47,777 bases of DNA from the NCBI RefSeq assembly GCF_001194135.2, contig NC_068993.1:18073732-18121508 (forward strand), in the 5' to 3' direction. The translations under genes and the position numbers were made by a program. Position 1 is the first letter of the stretch. Each line of letters opens with the position of its first letter. This stretch comes from Octopus bimaculoides. Taxonomy: Eukaryota. The notes beneath the pieces are model-generated. The model saw only the letters and a program-made list of their open reading frames with translations, was not told where the DNA came from and made no database searches. Shown one piece after another: positions 24,355 to 37,612 of the stretch.

Positions 24355-24775
24355 ATACATTAACATATTCAACATTAAACAAGCATCACATTAACATATA
24401 TTACATTAATATGTATCACATTAACATATACTACATTGATATTTACTACATTAACATTATTTACTACTTCAGTATTTATCCCATTAACATGTACTACATT
24501 AACATTTATACTACAGTAACCTATCTTACATTAATATTTACCACATTAACACATTCTACATCAATATTTACTACATTAATATATACTGCACTAATATCTA
24601 CCACATTAGCATAATTTATTACATTAATATTTATCACATTAACATATACATTAATATTTACTACATCAATATTTATCGCATTAACACATTTGACAATAAC
24701 ATTTACTATATTAACATATGCTACAATAATATTTACCACATAATTTATTACATTAATAATCACATTAACATATAT
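24355..24775. repeat. Degenerate AT-rich minisatellite (units like TTTACTACATTAACATA)
   Basis: Recurrent ACATTAA(C/T)AT and TTTAC(T/C)AC motifs that give spurious I/Y/N/T-rich ORFs. A second patch lies at about 25132-25233. Confidence 0.8.
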
Positions 24776-26645
24776 GAGTAACTAGTAGTTAGCACAATAT
24801 ATTCAACTGGCTTAGCAAGTCAAAATGTGTTGCAGTGCTGGTCTGGCTTCTTTTGTTCTGAGGTCTTTATTTCATTGACCTTTCTTTTGAACTGTGCCTA
24901 TGTAAGAAACCAGTTTTACTACAATGGTTTCAAATTTTGGCACAGCCAGCGCTTTTGGGGGAGGGGGTAAGAGTTGATTACATTGACCTCAGTGCTCAAC
25001 TGGTACTTATTTTATTGATCTCAGACAAAGTCAACCTCAGCGGAATTTGAACTTAAAATGTAAAGTCAGATGAAATTTCACTAAGTATTTTGCCCAATGT
25101 GCTGACAATTTTGCCAGCCCACCATCTTCCATGTTAATACTATTTATATTAATATGTATTACGTTAACATATATATATATATATATACAATAATATTTAC
25201 TACTATACACTACATTAACATTTACTGTATTACGCAAACATCCTGTTTAAAAATGATCTCAATTAAAACTTTCAATCACATTTTCATTTTAATTTATGTA
25301 TCAAACACTTAATAATGACAAAGATATTTTTCTAAATGTTTTCTTATTTTCAAAATAAATTGAATAAAAGACAGTGTATTTCAACAGAAATATGGTAACT
25401 GAAGAGTTAAATCCTTATTTTAATGCTAGATCTGAATAAGGCTTGGTCCTTCAGTGATGAAAGAAAGAAGAGGGAACGGTAGGAAGAAGAGGAATTAGAG
25501 AAATTTCATGTCAGGAAGGGTCATAGAGGAATGTCTGAGGAATGAGGTCATGGGTATGGTGGGTTCAGAATTTAGGTGTGTCACGTGCAGCTGCATCTTC
25601 AATGCAATGACCTGAAAAAAATTCTATTTTGGTTAGTTAAAACTGCTACCAAGGTTTAAATTGTATCACAAACTTAACATTTAAACATAACCCTTTAATA
25701 TTCACATTATTCTGTCAAAAGTAATACTTATTTACTCACTTTGTTTTGAATTAATTATACATTGTCTTATAGCTTTCAGATTTTTATGAGGTAACTATCA
25801 ATTTTTAGAATGACAGTGTAGGAATGGTATGAGAGGCCAGATCTGGACAGTGTGAACCGGGACTGTAGCCAGACTTTAGTGTATGGGAATGCTTCAGAAT
25901 ATTCTTGGTGGGCACTGATTTGTAATAATGCTAAAGTGGAGTAACTAAAGTGGAGTAAATCTCAGGGTTACCATTGAATAGTTAGGGAGCAGTGCCATCC
26001 AGTGCACCCCCTTAGCAATGAACATGGTATGAACATAAAACATGAAGAATATTATGGCTGGTTTAAATGCTAAAGGGTTAAATTCTTTTAATTCCAGTAT
26101 ATTAGTCCCTTTGGTATCAAACTGCCTGAGGCTATCCTTGGTCCTACGATACAAGCTTCCTGTTTTAAAATAATCTGGATGAAAATCTTTCATCAAAATT
26201 TCATGTTAATTTATGTTCTAAACACCAGCTTAATAATGAAAAAGTTATTTTACAGAATACTTCAATATTCTCAAAATTAATTGAAACAAAAACTCTGTAT
26301 TTCAATAGAAATAGGGCAACAAAAGCATTAATATATCATCATCATCGTCATTGTTTATCATCCACTTTTCTGTACTTGTGTATTTTCTAGAGCTGGATGC
26401 TCTTTCAGTTGCCAACCCTCACCGTTAGGTAATATTTCCACATGGCCAAACATATTTTTCATGGAAGATTAGAAATGAATGACACTTTTACTAAAGTGTA
26501 TCACTGGCATGGGTGCCATTTACGTGTCACCAGCACAAGCCACAACTATAATTTGTTGGCCCAGGTTACAGTAGAAGATACTTGCCCAAGGTTCCACACA
26601 GTGAGACTGCACCCAAAGTGAGCTTCTTAACCACACAGCCATACT

Positions 26646-27051
26646 CTCTTTTACTCTTTACTCTTTTACTTGTTTCAGTCATTTGACTGCGGCCATGCTG
26701 GAGCACCGCCTTTAGTCGAGTAAATTGACCCCAGGACTTATTCTTTGTAAGCCTAGTACTTATTCTATCGGTCTCTTTTGCCGAATCGCTAAGTTACGGG
26801 AACGTAAACACACCAGCATCGGCTGTCAAGCGATGTTGGGGGGGACAAACACAGACACACAAACACACACACACATATATATATATATATATGACGAGCT
26901 TCTTTCAGTTTCCGTCTACCAAATCCACTCACAAGGCTTTGGTCGGCCCGAGGCTATAGTAGAAGACACTTGCCCAAGGTGCCACACAGTGCGACTGAAG
27001 CAGGAACCATGTTGCTGGTAAGCAAGTTACTTACCACACAGCCACTCCTGC
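26646..27051 (-). mobile_element. Family A SINE, full length
   Basis: Reverse complement of the 840-1255 element. Confidence 0.85.
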
Positions 27052-27632
27052 TGTGAAATAAGTTAAAAAGATTTAAAAGAAACTTATAAAAATATAACTT
27101 AAATTATAAAATAGTGAACTGTAAAACTACTTTGATTTGCTATCAATGACACACACAAGCCTCCGTGGAGTGGTTGACATACTCAGTACACTTGGGATAG
27201 ATATTCTGTTTACAAATGTTGGTGAAAATTTTGTGAAGGAAGATGATGACATCATCAAATGTGAAAATGAAAAACAAAAAGTTTTAAGACTGAATTAGAG
27301 GAAGATTTTGCATTGACTGATAAATAAGGAAGACTTTTATCTCTTATCTGCCATTTCCACATGCTTCTTTACAGAGCATTAACTTGAATCAGTGCTATAA
27401 AGCAAATCACAAAATCTTCACATATGGTTATCTACCAAAATCAGGCAAATGGCAACCTTTTTTGGGGGTGTGGACTACATGCAGCATGACTCTTCATCAG
27501 GATGTCCACACTATGTAAAAGAAAAAAAAAAAATTAAGGTAATTGTGCCGTTTGGAAAGTCCAGTGGGCTGCATGTGAGTTGGCCTAGCATCATCATCGT
27601 TATTGTTATCTAATGTCCATCTTCTGTACTGG

Positions 27633-28019
27633 TGTGGAGGTGCAATGGCCCAGTGGTTAGGGCAGCGGACTCGCAGTCGTAGGATCGTGGTTTTGATTCC
27701 CTGACCGGGCGTTGAGTGTTTATTGAGTGAAAACACCTAAAGCTCCACGAGGCTCCGGCAGGAGATGGTGACGAACCCTGCTGTACTCTTTCACCACAAC
27801 TTTCTCTCACTCTTACTTCCTGTTTCTGTTGTGCCTGTAATTCAATGGGCCAGCCTTGTCACACTGTGTCACGCTGAATATCCCCGGAGAACTACGTTAA
27901 GGGTACACGTGTCTGTGGAATGCTCAGCCACTTGCACATTAATTTCACGAGCAGGCTGTTCCGTTGATCGGATCAACTGGAACCCTCAACGTCGTAAGCG
28001 ACGGAGTGCTAACAAACAA
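27633..28019 (+). mobile_element. Family C SINE with 12-bp TSD, inserted in an RTE-tail element
   Basis: tRNA-like head GGTGCAATGGCCCAGTGGTTAGGGCAGCGGACTCGC and (CAA)n tail; CTTCTGTACTGG at 27621-27632 and 28020-28031. Confidence 0.9.
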
Positions 28020-28529
28020 CTTCTGTACTGGCATAGGTTGGACAGTTTTGATAGGAGCTGGCAAACCAGAAGACTGCACCAAGCATCACTGTCTGTTTTG
28101 GCATTGCTTTTACAGCAGGATGCCCACCACCTTACAGAATGGAATGAGTGCTTTTTATGTGGCATCAACACCAGAGAGGTCTGTTTTGGTATGGTTTTCA
28201 TGGCTGGATACCCTTCCTGACACCAACAACTTTACAGAGTGGACTGGGTGCTTTACATGTGGCACCAGCACCAATCACTAGCCTAAATCATAATCAATAA
28301 TAATAAAAGTGAAATGTGTTAAAGTCATGATTAAATAAAATAGTCAACAGACAGTTGACCAATGTTCAGTAAGAAATCTGACACACTGACTGAAGCTGAT
28401 TTTGTTATGCAATAGAATATTTCTTGTGTTAAATGCTCAAATTTTGAAATTGTTGCAGTATCAGATCCACTTTGTCTATATATATAAAAAAAGTGGCAAA
28501 TAGTACAAACAATAGTTTCACACCACACT

Positions 28530-28975
28530 ATGCAGCTTAGCTCCTGATGAATCTGTGCAAATACAAAACCACCCACAACTGGTAGTATTGTTTATTATGT
28601 TTCCTTTCATGTAACTATGAAAAAAGAAATGTTGAACTTAATCAACTCGTGATATTGACATTAGAAATGAGGTTGAGGGAGTGTGAAATCCTGTTGAATA
28701 ACTTGGTGTTGTAATAGATACAACACCAGTAAATGGTGGGGAAAAAAGAAATGCAGAATTAATTGCATTTATCAAAAAAGACCTCAGCTTACCAGGGTTT
28801 TTCCTTCATAATTGTGTAAGCCTGCATGAACACCTGGCAAGTGAGATATTTCAAAATAGAAAGCCGATGTAAATTGAAGAAGGTGATAATGATAATATAG
28901 TTAAATGGGGAAAGGCCAAACAAACATTTCACAAACTTCATTAAAGAAATGGAGTTTGAAGTTTAACTTAGTGAT
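28530..28975 (+). mobile_element. hAT (Buster/SPIN/GTF2IRD2-like) transposase fossil
   Basis: Reads CSLAPDES..PQLVVLF..TRDIDIRNEVEG..LGVVIDTTPVNG..LIAFIKKDLSLPGFFLHNCVSLHEHLA, compared with FSLALDES..AQL.IF..GEDIF..V.TDGAP.M.G..HCIIHQEAL. Frameshifted. Confidence 0.65.
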
Positions 28976-28986
28976 ATTGTGAGAAG

Positions 28987-29372
28987 GTGGAGGCGCAATG
29001 GCCCAGTGGTTAGGGCAGCGGACTCGCGGTCATAGGATCGCGGTTTCAATTCCCAGACCGGGCGTTGTGAGTGTTTATTGAGCGAAAACACCTAAAGCTC
29101 CACGAGGCTCCGGCAGGGGGTGGTGGCGAACCCTGCTGTACTCTTCCACCACAACTTTCTCTCACTCTTACTTCCTGTTTCTCCTGTGCCTGTAATTCAA
29201 AGGGTCAGCCTTGTCACACTGTGTCACGCTGAATATCCCCGAGAACTATGTTAAGGGTACACGTGTCTGTGGAGTGCTCAGCCACTTGCATGTTAATTTC
29301 ACGAGCAGGCTGTTCCGTTGATCGGATCAACTGGAACCCTCGACGTCGTAAGCGATGGAGTGCCAACAACAA
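28987..29372 (+). mobile_element. Family C SINE, full length, tRNA-Arg(TCG)-like head, 11-bp TSD
   Basis: A box TGGCCCAGTGG, anticodon-like GACTCGC, B box GGTTTCAATTCC; ATTGTGAGAAG at 28976-28986 and 29373-29383. Confidence 0.92.
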
Positions 29373-30339
29373 ATTGTGAGAAGATTGTGAACCAGCAGAG
29401 CCATAAGTCAAACTACTAAACTAGTTTTTATTTTTTTACTTGTTTTGGTTGTTGGACTTTGGTCATGTCAGGGCAATGCTACAAAAGGTTTAGTCAGACA
29501 AATCGACCCCAGTATTTATTATCTAAGTTTGGTATGTATTGTAGTTGTTTCTGTTGCTAAACTGCTAAGTTATGAGGATGTAAACAAACACCAAACGTCA
29601 AAAGGTTGTTGGGACAAACACAAAGACACACACACAAGTGTGTGCGAGAGTGCGTGTGTATGTGTGTATGGATTCTTTTATTCTTTTACTCGTTTCAGTT
29701 ATTTGACTGTGTCCATGCTGGAGCACCACCTAGAAGTGTTTTTGTCAAATAATTTGACCTCAGGACTTATTTTTAAGCCTAGTGCTTATTCTATCAGGCT
29801 CTTTGCCAAACTGCAAAATTACAGGCACATACACATACCAACACCAGTTGTCAAGCAACGATGGGGGGGGGGCAACACACAGACACTAAACACACATATA
29901 TATATATATCATCATCATCATTTAACATCCGTTGGCTATACTGGTATGGGTTGGATGGTTTGAACAGGGCTGGCAAACTAGAAGGCTGCACCAGACTCCA
30001 GTCTGATTTGGTGTGGTTTCTATGGCTGGATGCCCTTCACAACACCAACCATTCCGAGAGTTCAATGGGTGCTTTTATGTGCCACTGGTACGAGTGCCAT
30101 TTGTGTGACACCAGTATCTGCCATGACTACGATTTTACTTGGCTTGATGGGTCTTCTCAAACATGGCATAATGGCAAAGGCCTTGGTCATTCATCACTGC
30201 CTCTGTGAGGCCCAACACTCAAGAGGTGCTTTTCATGTGCCACCGGCATCAGCTACATTTCATCCATCAAAAACTCATGGAAGATTTCTAATGGCAAACT
30301 TCTATGTTCAAAGTTTACCTTTATGCCAGGCATACCAGT

Positions 30340-30860
30340 AAACCCATGCCATTGGGCGAAATTGTCTCTTGCTCATCACATGACATTCTGTTGTCCAGGG
30401 GTATTCACTGCTGCCCACCTGTACCTTTGATTCATTGGAATATCACTAACGGAATCATCTGATTCTGAACTAGGAAAATACTCACTCTTGGAGTCATTGT
30501 CTAAACTGGAAGAAACAACTGGTGAGGTGGTGGAACTTGGTGTAGATTGGCGTGACGACCGTAAATTCGACAAAACAGGACATGATGACGGAGTTGATGG
30601 AGCTGGAGTGGTAGGATGCGACAACCATAAATTTGACGAAACAGGACACAACAAGGGAGTTGACAGAGCTGGAGTGACAGGAGCAGTCTATCAGGTTGTA
30701 AATATTTGCAAGAAACATCTAATCGTCCTATCAGTTGGCAGGTGGACTGGTACTAACTCAGGTGACAGGTTCTAAGTCAGGTGACGTATAATTACGTCAA
30801 CTGATTTAAAGCATATACATTGCATGTGTAAATTTATGTCAAGCATTTTAAAAGGGTTAA
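30340..30860 (-). mobile_element. Possible piggyBac-like 5' remnant
   Basis: Minus strand begins TTAACCCTTT (30851-30860). ORF 30376-30654(-) is Ser/Pro/acidic (SLDNDSKSEYFPSSESDDSVSD..RYRW), like a piggyBac N-terminus. There is an internal imperfect 66-bp tandem duplication at 30554-30690. Confidence 0.4.
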
Positions 30861-32064
30861 TTTTAAGTCTAGTACTTATTCTGTCAGTCTCTTTTGCCAA
30901 AGCCACTAAGTTGTGAGGACATAAACAAACTAACACCAATACTCAAGCAGTGGGGAAGGCAGACAAAAACAGACACAAAGACACACACAGAGTTTCTGTC
31001 TACCAAAATTACAAATTCATTCACAAGGTATTAGTTGAGCTTGGGGCAATAAGTACTTGCCCAAGGTACACTGCAATAGTACAGAACAGTGACGTACCTA
31101 ATAGGGGAACAAGGGGAGTGACCACTCCCCACAAGCACATTTTTCAAAATTAGCACCTTTACAACAACAATTTTTTAAAACTCTTTAGTTCACTTGTATG
31201 ATAAAAGTAGAATCTCTTTTTTTCTTTTTCTTAATCACAATGACTTGGAAGAACTCTCTGGAGTCATTACTTTATCTGACCAACCTCCCATGTCTTTTAA
31301 GTGTCTGCTCAATCTCCTGTGATAAGTTGGTGACCACTGATGTCTGAAGAACTAAAACAAACCCTGATGTCATCACCTCTTGACTCCGAACAATCCCTTG
31401 GAGTTTCATCTTTTTTATGCCACACCTATATCAGTAGTTATAAGTTTCATGCATTAATGACATTGTTAGTGAAACATGAAATTAATGAATGTTAAATAGA
31501 ATTATGTAGAGTATAACTAATATGGCATTATATAAGAGAAACAAGTCAAACATTGTCTGGTATGTGTCATAGTGACTTTTTTAAGTGCTTACTTCCCCAA
31601 CTTTAGAACCTAGCTATGCCTCTGTACTAAACCCAAAACCATTTGATTGTAAAACAAGCTTCTTAACAAGACAACCGCATCTATTATCAATATTTTGACT
31701 GATCTTGTTATTTGTAATGCAATGATTAAGTGAAACCAGTAGAGAATTAACCCATAAACTGCTGGGATTTTGCTGTATGTAACACGAACTGCTGAGCCTA
31801 TTTTGGGTAAAGGTCAACATCGATCTATCACTTGAAAAAAAATACTCAGTGTTTCTTAACACCTTCTGTGATTGGCTACACTGTTTCTGGGGTGAAAGGG
31901 TATCGTGTGCATACATTATACGTCATCAAAATTAGGTCAGATCATGCCCTACTTCTGCGGCCTGTTGTACTGTCGCGTTGGCCACTGAAATGGCCTATCA
32001 CAGTTTATGGGTTAATATTTAGTTTCTGCCTTTTTTCATTCTGGGTACCAATCCTATCATGAAA

Positions 32065-32198
32065 GTGTGTTGCCCTTCACACATGAAGAGATTTAAAAAA
32101 AAAAAACCTGTGTGTTGCCCTTCACACATGAAGAGATTTTTTAAAAAAAAACCTGTGTGTTGCCCTTCACTCATGAAGAGATTTAAAAAAAAATCCTG
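32065..32198. repeat. Three tandem copies of a ~45-bp unit
   Basis: GTGTGTTGCCCTTCACACATGAAGAGATTT(A)nCCT repeated three times, with variable poly-T/A length. Confidence 0.9.
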
Positions 32199-33173
32199 CG
32201 ATTGTTGATATTTTTTCTTTCATCTCCACGAGGTCAACAAAGTAAATATCAGCAATATTGGGTCTAATTAATTAATGATATATCTGCACTAACTAACTAA
32301 AAAGAAAAAAAAATTGGCCTTCAGCCTACATAGGAAACAAATCTTATTAATGATTGAAAAAATAGAGCACTAGACTGGATGCTTTACTATATCAAGTACA
32401 ATGCCTTGCTTATTCCCAATTCAAATCCCATTGGGAGTTATTTTGTTCTCCTCCAGCTGAGAGCCATAAATTAAACAGTATTAATATATAAGGACAATTA
32501 ACTATAGACACCCTTTACAAATATATAACCTTGCATACAAGGAAGAGAAATCTTTGTTGTCATCATTGTGATATTGGTGCAGATGTCACTGAGTGATTAA
32601 GAAGTTTGCTTTCCATCCCTATGGTTTAGGGTTCAATCCCATTCAACTATAGCCCTAACTGACTAAAGACTTGTGAGAGGATTTGATAGATAGAAACAGG
32701 AAGAATCTCACTGTTTATGTACATATTGTGTGTATGTGTGTCTCTTGTCTTGGCATTATGGGGTATTTGTAAATGAGTGTCACTGCCATACAAGCAGAGT
32801 TCCTTGTTTCCAGTCTGCCCTAAAATAATGTCTGGTCATGAGGAAATATTCCCTTGCTTGGAAATAGAGGAGGATTGGCACCAGGAGGGTCTTTCAGTTG
32901 CAGAAAATCTACCATGACAAATTCTGTCTGACCCATGTAAGCTTGTAAAAGCAGATGTTACCGTGAAGATAATGATGGCAACGACAAATGACTTTTAGTT
33001 GAATCTCTATATGTTCTAAGTTCAAATCCTACCAACGTCAAATTTATCTTTCTTCCTTGTATGTTCACTGAAAACAAGTACCATTCAAGCAATTGTGGTC
33101 AATTTAATCAAACATCCTAAGCAAGATTTGTAGTATATGCCTATATTAGAAATCACAGTGTGAGTGCGTGTGT

Positions 33174-33204
<31 letters not shown>

Positions 33205-33347
33205 CATGCGTGTGCACACACACAAATTAGGCAGTAAGAGGGCAAAGGGTACTGGTGAGTTTTGGCAAGCTGACCCCCTGGACACAAAGGGTGGGGGGGG
33301 GGTGCACCAGCCTGATGATGATTTTTTAAAGATAGTAATTGGTTCAG

Positions 33348-33565
33348 CCCTTTAGCATTCAGATGACTGTCAAATGTAATGTTTATTTACTTATCTTCTT
33401 TGGATTTAATCATGAAGTATCCCATAGCTTTGAAATTTTCATGAAGTGATTGTTTATTTTTAGAATGACATTGTAGGGTAGGTATGAGAGGTTGGATCTG
33501 GACTGTCTGAACATAAAACAAGTGGAATATTTTGGCTGGATATAGTCAGTTGAAATGCTAAAGGG
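33348..33565. mobile_element. piggyBac-like MITE
   Basis: TIRs CCCTTTAGCATT and AATGCTAAAGGG, followed by TTAA (33566-33569). Related pieces lie at about 25670-26080. Confidence 0.7.
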
Positions 33566-34131
33566 TTAAAATTTGAATGCAGGCAATATTTTGCTTAGAG
33601 AACAGGTTCCACACACACTCCTGCATTATACAATTGGTTGACCGGTTAGAACCAGCAGTAAAATCTCCTGCAAATTTCCAATCTTATCATCTTAAAAAAG
33701 GTAAGTGCACATTGGACATATTTGATGTTATATAGTTTTATAAAGCAGTGAGCTGGTCCAATCATTAACATGTTGGGAAAAATGCATAGTGACATTTCAT
33801 CTGTCTTTATGAACTGAGTTCAAATTCTGTCAAGGCTGATTTTACCTTTCACCTTTCGGGGTTCAATAAAATAAATACCAGTTGATCACTGGAGTCGACG
33901 TAAATAATTTACCCCCTCCCTGAAATTGCAGGCCTTGTATCAAATTTTGAAACTAATATTATACATAGTTCTGGAATAATTGTGTGAAAACAAACAAAGA
34001 AGAAAAAAAAAAAGAACAATGGGGATGTTCATAGTTGGAATGCCTTTGATTGTAGATCTACTGGATCAGTGGCTAACCCTGGAGTAGTTAATCAACATCA
34101 GTTATTATCATTATACTATACTACATCATCA

Positions 34132-34415
34132 TCATCATCATCATCGTTTTAACGTCCGCTTTCCATGCTAGCATGGGTTGGACGATTTGACTGAGGACTG
34201 GTGAAACCAGATGGCAACACCAGGCTCCAATCTAATTTGGCAGAGTTTCTACAGCTGGATGCCCTTCCTAACGCCAACCACTCAGAGAGTGTAGTGGGTG
34301 CTTTTACGTGTCACCCGCACGAAGGCCAGTCAGGCTGTACTGGCAACGGCCACACTCGAAATGGTGTCTTTTATGTGCCACCCGCACAAGAGCCAGTCCA
34401 GGGGCACTGGCAACG
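34132..34415 (-). mobile_element. Young non-autonomous RTE 3'-tail element
   Basis: (CAT)n then TTTAACGTCCGCTTTCCATGCTAGCATGGGTTGGAC..., homologous to the reverse complement of the LINE 3' UTR at 6290-6493. Near-identical copies lie at 42930-43225 and 47562-47777. Confidence 0.85.
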
Positions 34416-34656
34416 ATGTAATTATTATACACTGACCAATACCTTGTGAGTGAATTTCGTAGACTGTGTGAAAAGTCGTTTTACGTGAGTGTATGTGTGT
34501 GTGTCTGGGCTTGTGTTTGTCCCCACCTCTACTGCTTGATACCCAGTATTGATTTGTTCTTGTCCTCATAACTTAATGGTTCAGCAAAACGGACTGATAA
34601 AACAAGTACCATATTTACAAAAACAAAAGTACCGGGGTCAATTTGTTCAACTAAAC

Positions 34657-34918
34657 CAGTGGTTCCCAAACTTTTTTCAGGCTGCCGCCCCCTTGACACC
34701 CGGGTCACATTTCTAGCTCCCCCACCCCAACTAACCACCACAAACGTAGACCTCTTTCTGAAGCAAATTCAAAGCAAATGTATTTCAGAAATAAAACTTA
34801 ACCTAAAGAACCCACCCATGAATCGCTACCCCACCATCGCCCCACTCTTCTCCAACGCCCCCTTAAAACTTTTCACCGCGCCCCAGAAGGTCAATACCAC
34901 CCACTTTGAGAACCACTG
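34657..34918. mobile_element. hAT-type MITE with perfect 8-bp TSD
   Basis: Ends CAGTGGTTCCCAAA and TTTGAGAACCACTG; AACTAAAC at 34649-34656 and 34919-34926; inserted in a SINE tail. Confidence 0.9.
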
Positions 34919-35005
34919 AACTAAACCATTCAAAGTAGTGTCCCAGTATAACCACAGTCCAATGACTAAGTCAAGTAATAGAGAAAGGATAAAAATATTA
35001 CTAAT

Positions 35006-35403
35006 AGGAGTGGCTGTGTGGTAAGTAGCTTGCTTACCAACTACATGGTTCCGGGTTCAGTCCCACTGCGTGGCACCTTGGGTAAGTGTCTTCTACTATA
35101 GCCTCGGGCCGACCAAAGCCTTGTGAGTTGATTTGGTTGACGGAAACTGAAAGAAGCCTGTCGTATATATGTATATATATATGCATGTGTGCTTGTGTGT
35201 CTGTGTTTGTCCCCCCACCATCACTTGACAACCGATGCTGGTGTGTTTACGTCCCCGTAACTTAGCGGTTCGGCAAAAAGAAACCGATAGAATAAGCATT
35301 AGGCTTACAAAGAATAAGTCCTGGGATCGATTTTCTCAACTAAAGGCAGTGCTCCAGCATGGCCGCAATCAAATGACTGAAACAAGTAAAAGAGTAAAAG
35401 AGT
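35006..35403 (+). mobile_element. Family A SINE, full length
   Basis: Colinear with 840-1255 from head to GTAAAAGAGTAAAAGAG tail. Confidence 0.88.
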
Positions 35404-35717
35404 AATAGTTATGACAGTGGTGACACGCGCCGAAACGAAAGTAGTAGTAGTAGTAGTAGAAGTAGTAGTGGTGGTGGTGGTAGTAGTAGTAGTAGTATGG
35501 TTCAATTAGAAGGATATCATGTGTCTTGATAAATAATAAAGTGCAGCGAAAAGATATTTAGTTTTTCCTCTTTTTTCTTGTGAATTTTTTCGTCTTCTTT
35601 CTCGGTCACTTTTCTATCTAATCTTTTCCGTCTTACTGGCATCTTTTTATCACAGAATAGCTGATAATAAAGAAACTATTAACATTAGACCATTCTCGTT
35701 CACTAAAATCGATTATT

Positions 35718-35748
<31 letters not shown>

Positions 35749-36589
35749 TTTGAAATAATGCAATAAAACAAACAGGTGTTCAATAACGGACTCGACCTTC
35801 TTGACATTTTCATTACAAACGCAGCTGTCCTTATCTCCATCGTCATTTGCTGTTGTTATTATATATAACGCCGAGTCGGCAGTGATGGAGCAGATCTTTC
35901 ATGTGATCAAACAATCGCCATCCATAACCATCCCGCCTTTATTTATTTATTTATTTTGATGATAGATGTCACATCCTGGCCTACATTGTCCACTGCGCTC
36001 TTGAGACCGGTAAAGTGTGAATTGTAGAAGGAGTGCGGTTTGGTTACTATTTCTAGCAGGTGAGCCATCATGTCAGGCTCACATTTCGTAATTTGAGACT
36101 GATAGAATAAGTACTAGGCTTACAAAGAATAAGTCCTGGGGTCGATTTTCTCGACTAAAGGCGGTGCTCCAGCATGGCCGCAGTCAAATGACTGGAACAA
36201 GTAAAAGAGTAAAAGAGAATTCCTAATAATTATAAAAATACAGTAAGATTTTCTTATATACTGCAGATGGTTATAGCGGTCCAGTAGAGTGAAACAGGAA
36301 TCAAAGAAGGTACGTTAAACAAATGGTTGAGAACCACTAGTCTAAAATAAATAAATAAACAAACAAAAAAGGGCGGGATACGTTAGATAATGGAGTCCTT
36401 GATGTAATGTGTATGCAAACAAAAAGAAGAGACAGTAAGGCTGGAACGCCTTTGATAAAAAATCTGCACAGTCATCAATATTTAGGACTACAGAGATAAT
36501 TGATTCTTAGATTTCTGAAGAGAGTAAAACCAGTGCCGTCTTAAGGTATGGGTATACTGGGCAGTTACCCGGGGTCTACATGAGTCTAG

Positions 36590-36850
36590 GCAGGGCTGGA
36601 TTAACCATTAAACAAAATAAGAACGGTCTTAGGCCATCAAGGGAAGTGAGGTGGTACCACAGAAAGGGTGAATGGTTTACGGCACAAAAGAAATCACTTT
36701 AAATTTGCTAAAATAATATTCGAAGTGGTTTATATGATCGGGGAAAAAAATTATGGTTTATTATTGTTTATATTTTGAATTACATATATATAAGGTGGCA
36801 CCCAAATCATTTTAAGTGCTTAGGCTCTGTATGGGTCATAATCTGGCTCT
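36590..36850. mobile_element. MITE with CAGGGCTGGATTA-type ends (hAT-like)
   Basis: Left end CAGGGCTGGATTAACC, right end GGTCATAATCTGGCTCTG, with similar 8-mer flanks AGTCTAGG and GGTCTAGC. Confidence 0.5.
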
Positions 36851-37612
36851 GGGTCTAGCGCCCAATTATTATGATCTATGCACACTGTCAATCAATGAAT
36901 ATAAAAAGGCGGCGACCTGGCTGAATTGTTAGCTCGCCGGACTAAATGCTTAGCAGCATTTCGTCTGCCCTTATGATCTGAGTTCAAATTCCGCCGAGGT
37001 TGACTTTGCCTTTCATCATTTCAGGGTCGATAAATTAAGTACCAGTCAAGTATTGGGGTCGTTGTAATCGACTTAACTCCCCCCCCCCCAGAATTGCTGG
37101 TCTTGTGCCCAAATTGGAAACCAATAAATAAATACAATGGGTCCTGTGCATTGATTCGGCTGGGCCGGTGGTGGGGATTACAATAGCGCTAAGGTAAATC
37201 AATAAATAGGTGGTAAATCAATAAATGGTGGTAAATCAATAAATGGATAAAACAATTAATGACCAGTAAGGACATTAATATACTGGATAGAGACCGTGCA
37301 ACAATATGAAATTCAGGTCTTTCCTAAAAATTCAAATACATCAAAAAACAAAATAACAAATGATTGCTATAAGGATATATAAACAGTACACGTGTGTTTA
37401 TTATTGATAGGCATAATGACCTACCCAAGATACAACAAAATCTGTTCCAACAGACGAGTTCACATCCAAGAATCTTGCAAACCAAATGCAAAAGCCGAAA
37501 TATATAAATAGATTTACCGATAAGAATTTATTATAATAATCAGGTAACCAAAATTAGAAATAGTACATTTCTAAATCTCTCAGAGAGATTTATGCAGTAG
37601 TGATACGTTGAA

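Noticed and set aside
25560-25625. Strong minus-strand acceptor (TTTTTTTCAG|GTC) upstream of the 87-nt exon
   Set aside because: The downstream frames have stops and no synaptojanin similarity, and I identified no matching donor.
28990-29062. tRNA-Arg-like sequence (also 27638-27710 and the heads of other SINEs)
   Set aside because: It is the head of a SINE with body, tail and TSD; it does not form a clean cloverleaf, so it is not called a tRNA gene.
32065-32198. Regularly spaced repeats resembling a CRISPR array (also 41087-41256)
   Set aside because: Eukaryotic context, no unique spacers, no cas genes.
34201-34449. Recurrent 70-90 aa ORF MKPDGNTRL... (also 43007-43243)
   Set aside because: It is an antisense reading of the RTE-tail repeat; the recurrence reflects repeat identity, not a gene family.
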